Positions 1-11,507 of a stretch of DNA of 64,000 bases are shown here, in pieces. Both the position numbers and the translations under genes were made by a program. The notes under the pieces were generated by a model. The model ran no database searches. It saw nothing but the letters and a program-made list of their open reading frames with translations, and was not told the DNA's origin. Origin of the DNA: Amoebidium appalachense (Eukaryota; Protista; Ichthyosporea); assembly GCA_963693365.1 (NCBI GenBank), contig CAVNZM010000013.1:521817-585816 (forward strand), written 5' to 3'. The stretch's first letter is position 1. Every line of letters starts with the position of its first letter.

Positions 1-198
1 AATATTTATGTCAATAATTTCCACAAATAAAACCTAGACTAGTCATAACGTGAGCCTCGTATGTGTAATATGTGTTGGGGGTGGTTTACTCGCGGCGGCC
101 GCATATCTACCATGTACTATTTTATGTGTCAATGGTTTATTCAACTATGTTTGTTTTGCGAATTGCCGCGGTCTAACCAATCACTAGACTAGTCATAA

Positions 199-697
199 CG
201 TGTCCCTGCCGTTAACCTCAATAATAGGTTAGAAATTAGTGTCAAGGTTTACAGTTTCTTCGTGACTGTGTTCTTATGCCTTGCCGTGATCTATTGCGAG
301 TGTTGGATCTATTGCTGTAGTGATCAGTCCATTATGATTGGTCTATCCGATATCTATTCTGATTTCCGACTGGTCGGAAATCACACATAGGTTTGACTTA
401 GTGATTGCAGTTATATAAGCACATCTCAAAATAAATTCAGTTCAGTCGTGTCCCTGCCGTTAACCTCAATAATAGGTTAGAAATTAGTGTCAAGGTTTAC
501 AGTTTCTTCGTGACTGTGTTCTTATGCCTTGCCGTGATCTATTGCGAGTGTTGGATCTATTGCCGCTGTAGTGATCAGTCCATTATGATTGGTCTATCGG
601 ATATCTATTCTGATTTCCGACTGGTCGGAAATCACACATAGGTTTGACTTAGTGATTGCAGTTATATAAGCACATCTCAAAATAAATTCAGTTCAGT
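199..697. repeat. Tandem direct duplication of a ~250-bp unit (199-446, 447-697)
   Basis: Both units run CGTGTCCCTGCCGTTAACC...AAATAAATTCAGTTCAG and are near-identical (3-nt indel, one substitution seen). Each contains the hairpin GATTTCCGAC-TG-GTCGGAAATC. Confidence 0.95.
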
Positions 698-845
698 TGT
701 GTCTAAAGATTGATGTCTGTTCTGTACACTTCTCCGATCGGTTCCGTCTGTGTGTTTGTCTGTGTGTCTGTGGTGTTTTTACACTGCACCACTGTGTCTC
801 TGCTTCCCCGACATAGTCAGAATATTTATAAATTTTTTCACCCCA

Positions 846-876
<31 letters not shown>

Positions 877-1699
877 AAAAAAGTTACTACCCCCCTCCCC
901 GTTTCAAACTCAAGAATCCCTTGCATGCGCCCAACCAGAATCATTGCCAGTCACGTGGGCGAGCGAGCATAGTGCCCAATACTACATGTGCTACATGAAC
1001 AATACTGCAGCGTGGCATCATTATGGACGGGTTTGTTGCACTGTGGCATCATGATCATGCGGCGCGCACGCACATGTACATGCATGGACATACATCAGGT
1101 GTACAGTCATCATATTGGTTGTGCACATACACTGCACACGTCTGCCTGCGCGATGCATATGGCACATATACAGGTGCCGGCGAAATACTGCCGTTAGCAA
1201 TTCTTTGGACTGGATGTTTTTAGACAGTCATCATTATTATTATTAGTATGCGCACAGCATCTGCAGCATTCTTCTCTATTATAATTTAACAGACACATAA
1301 ATACCATGATCAGCAGGTCTGCTGAATACCTACGTATACTATCTACTATGTGGTCGGTACTCTTTTGGTCTCACGTCGTGGATGTTGAGAAAGGTGTATA
1401 AAACAACCAAATTTAGTAGGAATTTATAAACGGAATCGACTTTGCTGTGGTCCTGTAGCCGCGCAGGCCTGTGTTATAATTATATGGTATAGTAATCAGA
1501 CAGCACTGAGGGTGTGTTCTTGATTCTGATCATGAACCCCGGGGTTGGGGGGACTCAAGTTGTAGTTTTTATCCCCCCCCCCGCTCCCCCACCCCCCTCC
1601 CCTCCCCTTTGAACAGGTGGTCTGTTGGGTCCCCCTCCCCCCTCAGCCCTCCCCCCCCCCACCCCCCCCTTCCCCCTAGGCCTCCTCCCGGGGCGCCAC

Positions 1700-1877
1700 C
1701 CCCAGGCCACCATGCATATGACTAGTATTTGTAATTAGATAACCCGGTGATCATATAACAGTAGTGCTATGATTTAGCAGTGGTAACCGTTAACATCATA
1801 GTATATCCCAAAAACCGTAACATTCAATTTGGAGCCTATTACTCGAACAGGACTCTTTGATCACCTGAAACTCAGGC
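1700..1877 (+). repeat. Dispersed repeat copy (diverged homolog at ~54495-54648)
   Basis: The exact 22-mer TTTGATCACCTGAAACTCAGGC occurs at 1856-1877 and 54627-54648, with collinear upstream blocks (AGATAACCCG, TGATCAYATAAYAGTA). Confidence 0.75.
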
Positions 1878-3436
1878 GTGGCACCATACAGGGATGACCA
1901 CTGACTAGTCCAGTGTCGCCTAGGCCTGGGCGTAGATCAGATCTAGATCTATATCCCTCTAGCTAGCTCAATTGCAACGATCGTTGAGATTGTTCAGACA
2001 ACTGCTTGCTATAGATTGCACATCTACCTTCGCAGTTCCGGACGTGTATCACAGGCTGATTCACAGAAGTACATACAGTGTGCTTTTCAAACTTATCGAC
2101 ACTTATAAAACGCGAGTTTCGTTTCAGGTAGAACATTTATAACTACACTTGAATCAAGACGCACATGCGCGCACATTCCAAGCAGCAGCCTGTAACTAAC
2201 GTTATCACTCACTCGCGGTGAGGACAGTGCTCACTGCCGGCTAGCCCAGCATGCACATGGTTATGTCCATTTATGTACTGTAGGTCCTGTGGAACCTTCT
2301 GCCAGATTTGAAGATGGAGAATCGAGCAACTTACTCCTTACCCAACGACTCTTACTAAGTAGGTGACATGTCATATAATACTGATTGTCACAGTTTTAAA
2401 TTTGCTGAATGGCATATTTTTGCTGAGTCACGGGAAGTCTTAAGTTCATCGGATGACAAAATCGATGACGCAAGCGTTCCCGAAAAACGGACGAATCACA
2501 GCATGGTTTCGAGTTGCCGTGGACAAAATACATTCATGATTTGCTGCCAAAACTACGCATGTGCCTCGGACTCAGTTTGGGTATCGCCGCTATTCGCGCA
2601 GGTAGGTTTGTCATTTCTCTTATCTTTATTATTTGGTCAAAAGCAACTTTTAGAAAAAAAATTCTAAAAACATTTCTCTTAAGAAATTTTTCTGTACAAA
2701 TTTGCTGAATAATAAAGCATAATTACGAGGAAGCTGGAGTGGTTTTGTAACCTTTCAAACCGTTGAGAAAGCATGATTACGTAATGTTTCACCCAGCAAA
2801 CGCTTCACCAATAGATTGAAGCGTATTTGCTTTGCTTTTTGCCGAAAGCCGACATTTTTCCGAATCACCAATCAGCGTCTCTGGCCTCACCCAAAAGTTC
2901 AGGCGGCTAACACCGCAACGCCGCAGTGTGTGGAGTTCCTCAGCTGTTTGACCTACGCTGCAGTTTTCACGTGTATATGCAAAACACTACTACCTGTAAC
3001 ATATAATACAGCTATATTAGCTACAGTGACAGAAGCATGAAGTTATAGTTGTAACCTATAGTTGTTGTATCATAGTTCAGACAATCTGCTTATAGAAAAT
3101 AGGTTGATGAGTACACGGCCAAGGCTTCTGGCAACCACGTATATAATTATTAGTTTGCATCACAAAGACGGAAGTCGAATATTCTAGCTAGCCGTTTTTG
3201 CAATAATCAACCAACCGAAGTTCTTACATTGACTTTTCGGAAAATCTATTTACCAAACATCCTCTAGATTATGCAGGTCTGCGTGCTTGCAGGCATGGTC
3301 ATGCATCCCTGCATGTCTTTTTTCAAACTTAAACATACCACCTTTCTTCTCGAAACGCGAATGTTGGATCTCTTAGTCGGCAGCAAAGATCAGCGTTGAA
3401 CTGAAACCCAAACACAACTCACATCAGACAGTTGAA

Positions 3437-4474
3437 ATGGCCCGGCTGCTCTCTGCCACTTCGTCTCTCTGGCAGGACGCCATTAACGAACTCGCATGCT
3501 ACCTGCTGCCTTCTTTACTCATCGTTTTCTGGCTACTTCGCGAACTAAACGACTCTCCCGTGGGATGTTTGCTGAGGTTTGTTCGCCTGTGTTTTGAGCC
3601 ACCTGTGCTTGTGTGCAGACGAATTTTTTATGGCCCGGAAACTCAACCTTTGTACACACTACACAGTTCTTTTTCCTCAACTATCCGTATGCAAACTGAA
3701 ACAGAATCGGGAGTTACTGCAAATACGCAGAAAAACGAAGAGCTTGTAAACGTGTTGAGGCGCCACAAGGTGAAATTCGGCAAGAGCGGCCCGATGCAGC
3801 GGCTACAATTTAAGTGGAGAATAGCGGTAGTAGACGACAGCATTATGCAGATGAGATGCCTTCGCGCCGCCCAGCCAGACAGTTTTTGTGCGTTACCAGA
3901 CAACGTTACACCCACCACCACTTCTGACTTTCCGAACACTAAAATTCTTAAACCTACGACACCTACGGCGTTCGACGAGTGCGAAACTTCATCTAATGTA
4001 TCAGCAAGTCCGGAAGTAAATTCGGATGCTGTTTTGCAGGAAGTGGAAATTGAATGCCCGAGAAGCCCCAATATGGGCGTGAATAGTGCCCGACCCGGAG
4101 TGCCTCAGAGTGAACGGGAATCATCTGCCGATTCACTGTGTGCACCCAGTGCGAACAGTACCAGTGCAAGTAGTGATTCCATTGTACTTACGAGCTCAGC
4201 CCCGCTAAGTTCGGTATTTGACTACGAGGGGTGTGCGATTACAGATGAGAAGAAGGAGGAGGAGAAGGGCACGAATGTCCATGCATTTGATGATGAGGAT
4301 TCTCTAAGTTTGGTGTTGGATATTTTGGAGCACGGATATCACGGTGGGAAGTTGGTGGTGGATGTTGGGCAGTCCATTAGGAAAAAGAGTGTGCTGCGTT
4401 TCTTTAAGGGGAAGGGGAAGAAATTGAACACCCACCGCAGGCAGGCTGTAACGACTACTACCGTAGAGTGCTAA
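3437..4474 (+). CDS. Hypothetical protein, 345 aa, N-terminal hydrophobic/TM segment, Ser/Thr-rich middle, basic C-terminus
   Basis: Long intronless ATG-started ORF in non-repetitive sequence with protein-like composition. No family motif recognised. Confidence 0.7.
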   Translation: MARLLSATSSLWQDAINELACYLLPSLLIVFWLLRELNDSPVGCLLRFVRLCFEPPVLVCRRIFYGPETQPLYTLHSSFSSTIRMQTETESGVTANTQKNEELVNVLRRHKVKFGKSGPMQRLQFKWRIAVVDDSIMQMRCLRAAQPDSFCALPDNVTPTTTSDFPNTKILKPTTPTAFDECETSSNVSASPEVNSDAVLQEVEIECPRSPNMGVNSARPGVPQSERESSADSLCAPSANSTSASSDSIVLTSSAPLSSVFDYEGCAITDEKKEEEKGTNVHAFDDEDSLSLVLDILEHGYHGGKLVVDVGQSIRKKSVLRFFKGKGKKLNTHRRQAVTTTTVEC

Positions 4475-5021
4475 AAATAGGCACTGGGTTTTTCTATTTT
4501 TTTGGCATGTATGCCCTTGTGCTTCGAGCGCATGTACGGACAGACTCTACCGTGTACAATAGTTGGTGTATTTCAGCATGAATGAACCTTTTTTTTTTTT
4601 TTTTTTTTAGAGGAGGGGAGGAGAGAGTGGGGGGGGGGGGGGGGGGGGGGGGGAGTAGGGAGTAATATCCTCAGTCAACCTGTGCTTTTATCATTTTCAA
4701 AAATGAGCCTACTTCTTGAATGGCAAAAGAGACGCTGTGTATTTTAAGACTCAATAATGCTGCCTGCTGCTACATTTTTTACCAACCTTTTAGTTTTCAA
4801 GTGTTGTGTTGTTTTCGAGTGGTAGCGGAAACAAATCTCAATAGTTCCATACGATAAGGCATGGTTGCTGGTCAGCCAACATTATGAACAATAAAACTGT
4901 GAACATGACTCTGAAGTTTCCGGATGTGTGTGTGTGTGTCATCGGGGGGAGAAGGGGGTGAGGGTGGGGGGAGGGGGGGTTTGGCGGGGCGGGGAAGGGG
5001 GGGTTGGGCGGGGCGGGGCGG

Positions 5022-5068
<47 letters not shown>

Positions 5069-6234
5069 CTTAAGCTTGGCAAGTTGGGTATGTGTGTGTG
5101 CGTGTGCATTCAGTCCCTCTTAAGTACACCATTGCAATATTAACGCCTATAAAACTATGTGTTCTGCTTGTTTGCTTGTATGGGCCGGACAGATCATATG
5201 AAGATCAGCTGCCATATCATCTAAGGCCTTCTAAAAGGGTGAATTTATTTGAGGTATATTCCGGATGATAGTCCAAATCAATGACGTCACCTATGTATTC
5301 ACTTGGCGCCCGAGTCCGTTGTGTTTGAATAGTCGGAGACTACGCTTTTGCGTTATTTAGGGCACTGCCTACAGACATGTACATGTTTAGACACCATATT
5401 CCTACTTTCGTAGTTTCTTTCGTTGCAGTCATAGCTGGTGGGGGGGGGGGGGGGGGGGGGGGAGGGATGTGCTGTTTATTAACGACATGTAGGTGAGCTA
5501 TGATGAGATGTCGGCACCAAGGTCAACAGTACTTCCACCCAACAAGATATACAAGTACAAATCGATGTTACACTTATATCATACAGATTTTTATGTGGAG
5601 ATATAACGTATCAGATAGACATCGTATGTGGAGATTTTCTTTATTTTTTATTTTTATTTTATTTTTTATTTTTTATTTTTTATTTTGTATTTTTTAACCC
5701 CCATGTCAAATCCTGATTAATCTTTTTACAAAAATCAGGATTGCGGCGCTTCCCCTGCCTTATGGTGAAGCGGAAAAATATAGATTAGGTAGAAGAAAAC
5801 ATGCTGTTGGTAATTACAAACATGCCCGAATATTTTTTTTTTCATATTTATGTCTATTTTTTATGGTTTATTATGCGCGATCATGAAGGGGTGCACGGTT
5901 TATTTTAAGTTAATCAACAGCATGCTTAGGTTAATATCAAGATCCGCGCCGTGATCAACGCAACCGTGTGCCCGGGACCACACGTGACGTACAGTGCCCG
6001 GCACGTACGTACGCGTACGCGTATCTATCTATGGTGTGCTGCAGGCCGTTTATATGTTATGCTTGTGTTTTCATGATGTGCATATGTCTGCTTGCGGCTG
6101 TACGTACACATGTATGTGTGTGTGTGCATGTACGTAGATATGACCGGCGGTGGGCGGTGGGTGCACACAATGTCATGTTGGTGTGCCAGTGTATGACATT
6201 GTATGTGCACGGTGTATGTTTGCACATGCCATTG

Positions 6235-6278
<44 letters not shown>

Positions 6279-7109
6279 CGTGTGTGTGTGTGTACACGTG
6301 TGCCACAGTGTGTGTGTGTGTGGGAGGGGGAGGGGGGGCGGTCGGTGTGTGTGTGTGTGTGTGTGTGTGTGCACACGTGTGTGTGTAGTGTGTGTGCGGC
6401 GCCCTTACGTTTGAATACATAGGCGGGTCCGGACATCTGTGTGATTGGCTGGCGGCTAAAGACCAATTTCCAGAGTGGGGGTAAATGGTTTTGATTGATG
6501 TGGGCGCAGGATGTATCTCTTTAGCGCTCCATAACTAGGAAACAAATGAAGGGAAAACACTCACAGAAAGTGTTTGTCTTCACCTGTGTGTCCTCTTTAT
6601 ATATACCAACAGCATTCCTGCACTAGCCAATGAAAGCAAACGGTAAGAGTATATACTGATATATAGCCACTTAGCGCTACAAGCGGCTTAGCCGCACCGC
6701 GGCGCCCAGCGCTTGCAGTACTTAAGTAGTGTTCCACTAAAGGTACTAACTATGTTCAAAACTTAGTAAATATAATAAAAAAATGTTTTATTGAAAAATA
6801 GTGTATTAAAGTTAGCTTTCTATAGGTATTACAGCGCTTTTAACAAGTTCTTGTTTTCCGCCTTGCTTCATTCTGATTGGTTGTCACACCACGGGGTTTC
6901 CCGATTGTTCTTCGAATGACATTTGCTATCACTATCAGACAGTTCTCCAATATCAGAACAGAAAACGGTCTCTACCCAGATGGCCAGATGTCCAGGTCAA
7001 ATTCAGTGTGTGGAAAAAGGTGGATAAAACGGGATAAAACGGTGAGCAAAATGATCTGGCCATCTGGCCATGTGGCCATGGAATCTCTATATCTAAAAAT
7101 AGCTGCCAC

Positions 7110-7625
7110 TGCGCCGGGGCGTGGTTCCGGGAGGCAGGGGAGGCAGGGGGGGCACACGTGCAGGGGAGGCAGGGGGGACACTCACTGCCACCACTGGGGG
7201 CCGTGGTTCCGGCAGCAGGGGGGGCACACGTGCAGGGGAGGCAGGGGGGACACTCACTGCCACCACTGGGGGCCGTGGTTCCGGCAGCAGGGGGGGCACA
7301 CGTGCAGGGGAGGCAGGGGGTCGGGGGAGGCACACGTGCACAGGAGGCTGGGGAGAGTGGGGGAACCATGGCTATCCCCCATGTATGGCTGAGTTAAGAC
7401 CATTTGTTCATGTAGCACGATCTTCTAGCATGCACGTGTTGGAATGCCACCACTGGGGGGCCTGGTTCCGGCAGGCAGGGGGGCAGGGGGGCCACCCAGT
7501 GTGTGGGTGTGCATGTGGCAGGGGAGCAGGGGGGCAGGGGGGCAGGGGGGCAGGGGAGCTGGGGGGCAGGGGGGCAGGGGGGCAGGGGGGCAGGGGAGCT
7601 GGGGGGCAGGGGGGCTGGGGGAGAC
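7110..7625. repeat. G-rich tandem repeats (~73-bp unit x2-3, then GGGGGCAG-type microrepeats)
   Basis: Repeated GTGGTTCCGGCAGCAGGGGGGGCACACGTGCAGGGGAGGCAGGGGGG unit and (GGGGGCAG)n tract. Confidence 0.9.
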
Positions 7626-7687
7626 TGGCATGCCACTCACGGGGAGGATAGTGTATGTTGGCACGTGTGGGTGTGTGGGTGGTTTTT

Positions 7688-8170
7688 TTATTTGGGCTTG
7701 TGCTTATGGCAATGGGTCGTAGATTTCACCCTGTTTTTGCAGGGATTGCCAGCCTTGGTTTTGCCCTGGCAGTACCCATTTTCCCTGCCCACACCCACCG
7801 CTGCAGCTGCAACCGGTGGCTGTGGTGCACCCATGGGTGGATCCGGAGTGGACACAGTCAGCGCGGGTACCCCGGTGCGCTCGGTGCGAGGGCGCTGCAT
7901 TTCTGCGACTGTAAAGGCGGCCAGGAGGTCGTCCAGCAGGAGGTTTGCATGAGCATAGTCCCCGGCCTTGTGGGTGTGGAGGATGTTGATGGTGTTGTCG
8001 CTGTAGAGGAGGACACCGGTGGCAGGGGCAAAGCATACCCAGGGCTTGAAGCCGTCCTTGTGGTGTGGGCATGTTTTCTTTTTGTTTTTGCACTGGGCTT
8101 TTTTTGAGGGTGCAAATGCAGGGCATCGTTCGGGGTCAACCGAATCGGGGCGCAAAAGTGCGTCTCCCAT
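7688..8170 (-). CDS. Small protein (160 aa) with two C-x-C-x-C-H Zn-finger-like motifs; the C-terminal one is DUF5763-like (NCLDV-type)
   Basis: First plausible ATG is MGDALL at 8170. Motifs are CPAFAPSKKAQCKNKKKTCPHH and CQGKTKAGNPCKNRVKSTTHCHKH (CxGxTKxGxxCxN..CxxH). Intronless. Confidence 0.7.
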   Translation of the reverse strand: MGDALLRPDSVDPERCPAFAPSKKAQCKNKKKTCPHHKDGFKPWVCFAPATGVLLYSDNTINILHTHKAGDYAHANLLLDDLLAAFTVAEMQRPRTERTGVPALTVSTPDPPMGAPQPPVAAAAVGVGRENGYCQGKTKAGNPCKNRVKSTTHCHKHKPK

Positions 8171-8474
8171 TTCTAGTGTTTTGTTTTGGTGTGCACTGTT
8201 CTTGGATTGGGGTGAAGCGAGACAAAAAGTAAAAGCGAGTACTTTTTGTTGACTGGTTGATGGCATATCAATCAATCTCTTGGTGCCAAACCACTGACCA
8301 ATCACATGGGTGTATTCACGAATTCCAATCTAAATTCGGCATCTGGAGAGAGGGGTACTGGTAAAACACAAGAGCAACACGGCATCAAGAGTTTGTACCA
8401 CAGGCAAGATCTCAGAGAGGTCACTTTTGGGGTGTAACACGTCGGATACTGAAAGTTTTGTGAGGTACACGTAC

Positions 8475-8747
8475 ATGTTCGACAGCACGGTCACCACAGG
8501 CATTCTTTATGTGATATCTATATGCAGTGTCATTGCAAATATACACTGGTACAATTTAATGAAGTCCGAACCGAATGCTGGAGAGAAAGTGAACAAAATG
8601 TATCTGGTGTACGTCAGCGCTGCTATTGTCCTCACATGTTTATTGGTTACACCATTGATGTATGCAGTCATATACTATTTCAATAAGAAGACGGGTGCTG
8701 CGGAGTACGACACCACTCTGAGACAAACAAGTCACTCGGACTTTTAA
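8475..8747 (+). CDS. Small two-TM membrane protein (90 aa)
   Basis: ATG at 8475; two hydrophobic stretches (ILYVISICSVIANI; MYLVYVSAAIVLTCLLVTPLMYAVIYYF); divergent from the 7688-8170 gene. Confidence 0.5.
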   Translation: MFDSTVTTGILYVISICSVIANIHWYNLMKSEPNAGEKVNKMYLVYVSAAIVLTCLLVTPLMYAVIYYFNKKTGAAEYDTTLRQTSHSDF

Positions 8748-8759
8748 TTCAATTAACAC

Positions 8760-9150
8760 ACCGCGCTACAAAAGTGGAGTACACGACAATCACAGCGCCA
8801 GCGCTGATACAAAAGTGGAGTACACGCCAGCGCTGATACAAAAGTGGAGTACCGCCAGCGCTGATACAAAAGTGGAGTACCGCCAGCGCTGATACAAAAG
8901 TGGAGTACCGCCAGCGCTGATACAAAAGTGGAGTACACGACAATCACAGCGCCAGCGCTGATACAAAAGTGGAGTACACGCCAGCGCTGATACAAAAGTG
9001 GAGTACCGCCAGCGCTGATACAAAAGTGGAGTACCGCCAGCGCTGATACAAAAGTGGAGTACCGCCAGCGCTGATACAAAAGTGGAGTACACGACAATCA
9101 CAGCGCCAGCGCTGATACAAAAGTGGAGTACACGCCAGCGCTGATACAAA
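8760..9150. repeat. ~28-bp tandem repeat CGCCAGCGCTGATACAAAAGTGGAGTAC with 154-bp higher-order period
   Basis: About 12 units, each with the palindrome CAGCGCTG. The spacer variant ACGACAATCACAG recurs every 154 bp. Confidence 0.95.
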
Positions 9151-9287
9151 AAGCAATAAGCATGGTACTCCACACCACACGTGCACCGACCCGAAAACAC
9201 GAAAATAAACACACAACGACAGCGCTGCACGGCCGATACAGTTACTTTGCATACCATTGGCCCGGGCTGGGATGAACGAGTAACACT

Positions 9288-11100
9288 GCTAGTGCATGCA
9301 GGGAATACAGAGCAGGAAGAGAGAAATGGTGCTAGTGCATGTGGGTGGTGGGGGACTCTTTGAATGTGTGCATGGCATGGGGATTGAAGGACTTAGACGT
9401 GCATGCATGAAGGGGGGAGGGGAGGGGGGGGGGTGGGAGGGGGGGATAGAGAGCAGGAAGAGAGAAATGGTGCTAGTGCATGTGGGTGGTGGGGGACTCT
9501 CTGAATGTGTGCATGGCATGGGGATTGAAGGACTTAGACGTGCATGCATGAAGGGGGGAGGGGAGGGGGGGGTGGGGGGTGCATGCATGAAGGGGGGAGG
9601 GGAGGGGGGGGGTGGGGGGTGCATGCATGAAGGGGGGAGGGGAGGGGGGGGGGGATATAGAGCAGGAAGAGAGAAATGGTGCTAGTGCATGTGGGTGGTG
9701 GGGGACTCTTTGAATGTGTGCATGGCATGGGGATTGAAGGACTTAGACGTGCATGCATGAAGGGGGGAGGGGAGGGGGGGGGGGATATAGAGCAGGAAGA
9801 GAGAAATGGTGCTAGTGCATGTGGGTGGTGGGGGACTCTTTGAATGTGTGCATGGCATGGGGATTGAAGGACTTAGACGTGCATGCATGAAGGGGGGAGG
9901 GGAGGGGGGGGGGGTGGGAGGGGGGGATAGAGAGCAGGAAGAGAGAAATGGTGCTAGTGCATGTGGGTGGTGGGGGACTCTTTGAATGTGTGCATGGCAT
10001 GGGGATTGAAGGACTTAGACGTGCATGCATGAAGGGGGGAGGGGAGGGGGGGGGGGGGTGGGAGGGGGGATAGAGAGCAGGAAGAGAGAAATGGTGCTAG
10101 TGCATGTGGGTGGTGGGGGACTCTTTGAATGTGTGCATGGCATGGGGATTGAAGGACTTAGACGTGCATGCATGAAGGGGGGAGGGGAGGGGGGGGGGGG
10201 TGGGAGGGGGGATAGAGAGCAGGAAGAGAGAAATGGTGCTAGTGCATGTGGGTGGTGGGGGACTCTTTGAATGTGTGCATGGCATGGGGATTGAAGGACT
10301 TAGACGTGCATGCATGAAGGGGGGAGGGGAGGGGGGGGGGATATAGAGCAGGAAGAGAGAAATGGTGCTAGTGCATGTGGGTGGTGGGGGACTCTTTGAA
10401 TGTGTGCATGGCATGGGGATTGAAGGACTTAGACGTGCATGCATGAAGGGGGGAGGGGAGGGGGGGGGGGGGGGGGGATATAGAGCAGGAAGAGAGAAAT
10501 GGTGCTAGTGCATGTGGGTGGTGGGGGACTCTTTGAGTGTGTGCATGGCATGGGGATTGAAGGACTTAGACGTGCATGCATGAAGGGGGGAGGGGAGGGG
10601 GGGGGGTGGGGGGGGGGATATAGAGCAGGAAGAGAGAAATGGTGCTAGTGCATGTGGGTGGTGGGGACTCTTTGAGTGTGTGCATGGCATGGGGATTGAA
10701 GGACTTAGACGTGCATGCATGAAGGGGGGAGGGGAGGGGGGGGGGGGGGGGGGGGGGGGATATAGAGCAGGAAGAGAGAAATGGTGCTAGTGCATGTGGG
10801 TGGTGGGGGACTCTTTGAATGTGTGCATGGCATGGGGATTGAAGGACTTAGACGTGCATGCATGAAGGGGGAAGGGGAGGGGGGGGGGTGGGGGGGGGAT
10901 ATAGAGCAGGAAGAGAGAAATGGTGCTAGTGCATGTGGGTGGTGGGGGACTCTTTGAGTGTGTGCATGGCATGGGGATTGAAGGACTTAGACGTGCATGC
11001 ATGAAGGGGGGAGGGGGGATACAGAGCAGGAAGAGAGAAATATTGCTAGTGCATGTGGGTGGTGGGACTCTTTGAGTGTGTGAAGGACTTAGACGTGCAT
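9288..11100. repeat. ~130-140-bp tandem satellite with variable G-run (about 13 copies)
   Basis: Unit ATAGAGCAGGAAGAGAGAAATGGTGCTAGTGCATGTGGG...GGACTTAGACGTGCATGCATGAAGGGGGGAGGGGA(G)n. Confidence 0.95.
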
Positions 11101-11272
11101 CACGTCTGTGTATACAAGCATGTGGGGTAAGCACAGATTCAGATAACACTGGATTTCTTTTTATAAAATCCATCTCCAACCGATTGTAAAAAGAAATCCC
11201 AAAACTTCTACCTATACATTATACAGAAACCGTAGGCTCTGCCATGTAACATAGTCGAAGCCCCCCCCCCCC

Positions 11273-11310
<38 letters not shown>

Positions 11311-11418
11311 AAAAAAAACAAAAACAAAAAAAAAACAATGCTTTCAAGTCTATATTTTTCCAGATTTCACACGGCATCACTCCCACGTCCTAGGCTCTGC
11401 CATGTAACATAGTCGAAG

Positions 11419-11450
<32 letters not shown>

Positions 11451-11507
11451 ACCCCCCCCACCCCCCACAAAAAAAAAACAAAACAAAAAAAACACACACA
11501 AAGTCTT

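Noticed and set aside
357-385. Possible hammerhead ribozyme (CTGA..stem..GAAA)
   Set aside because: It reads CTGATTT rather than CTGANGA, and no stems I/III were found; it is a plain hairpin.
8760-9150. CRISPR-like appearance of the 28-bp repeats
   Set aside because: The units are contiguous with no unique spacers, no cas genes are present, and the context is eukaryotic.
9181-11179. Many short ORFs in the 130-bp satellite
   Set aside because: They are translations of tandem repeats in several frames with no domain signal.
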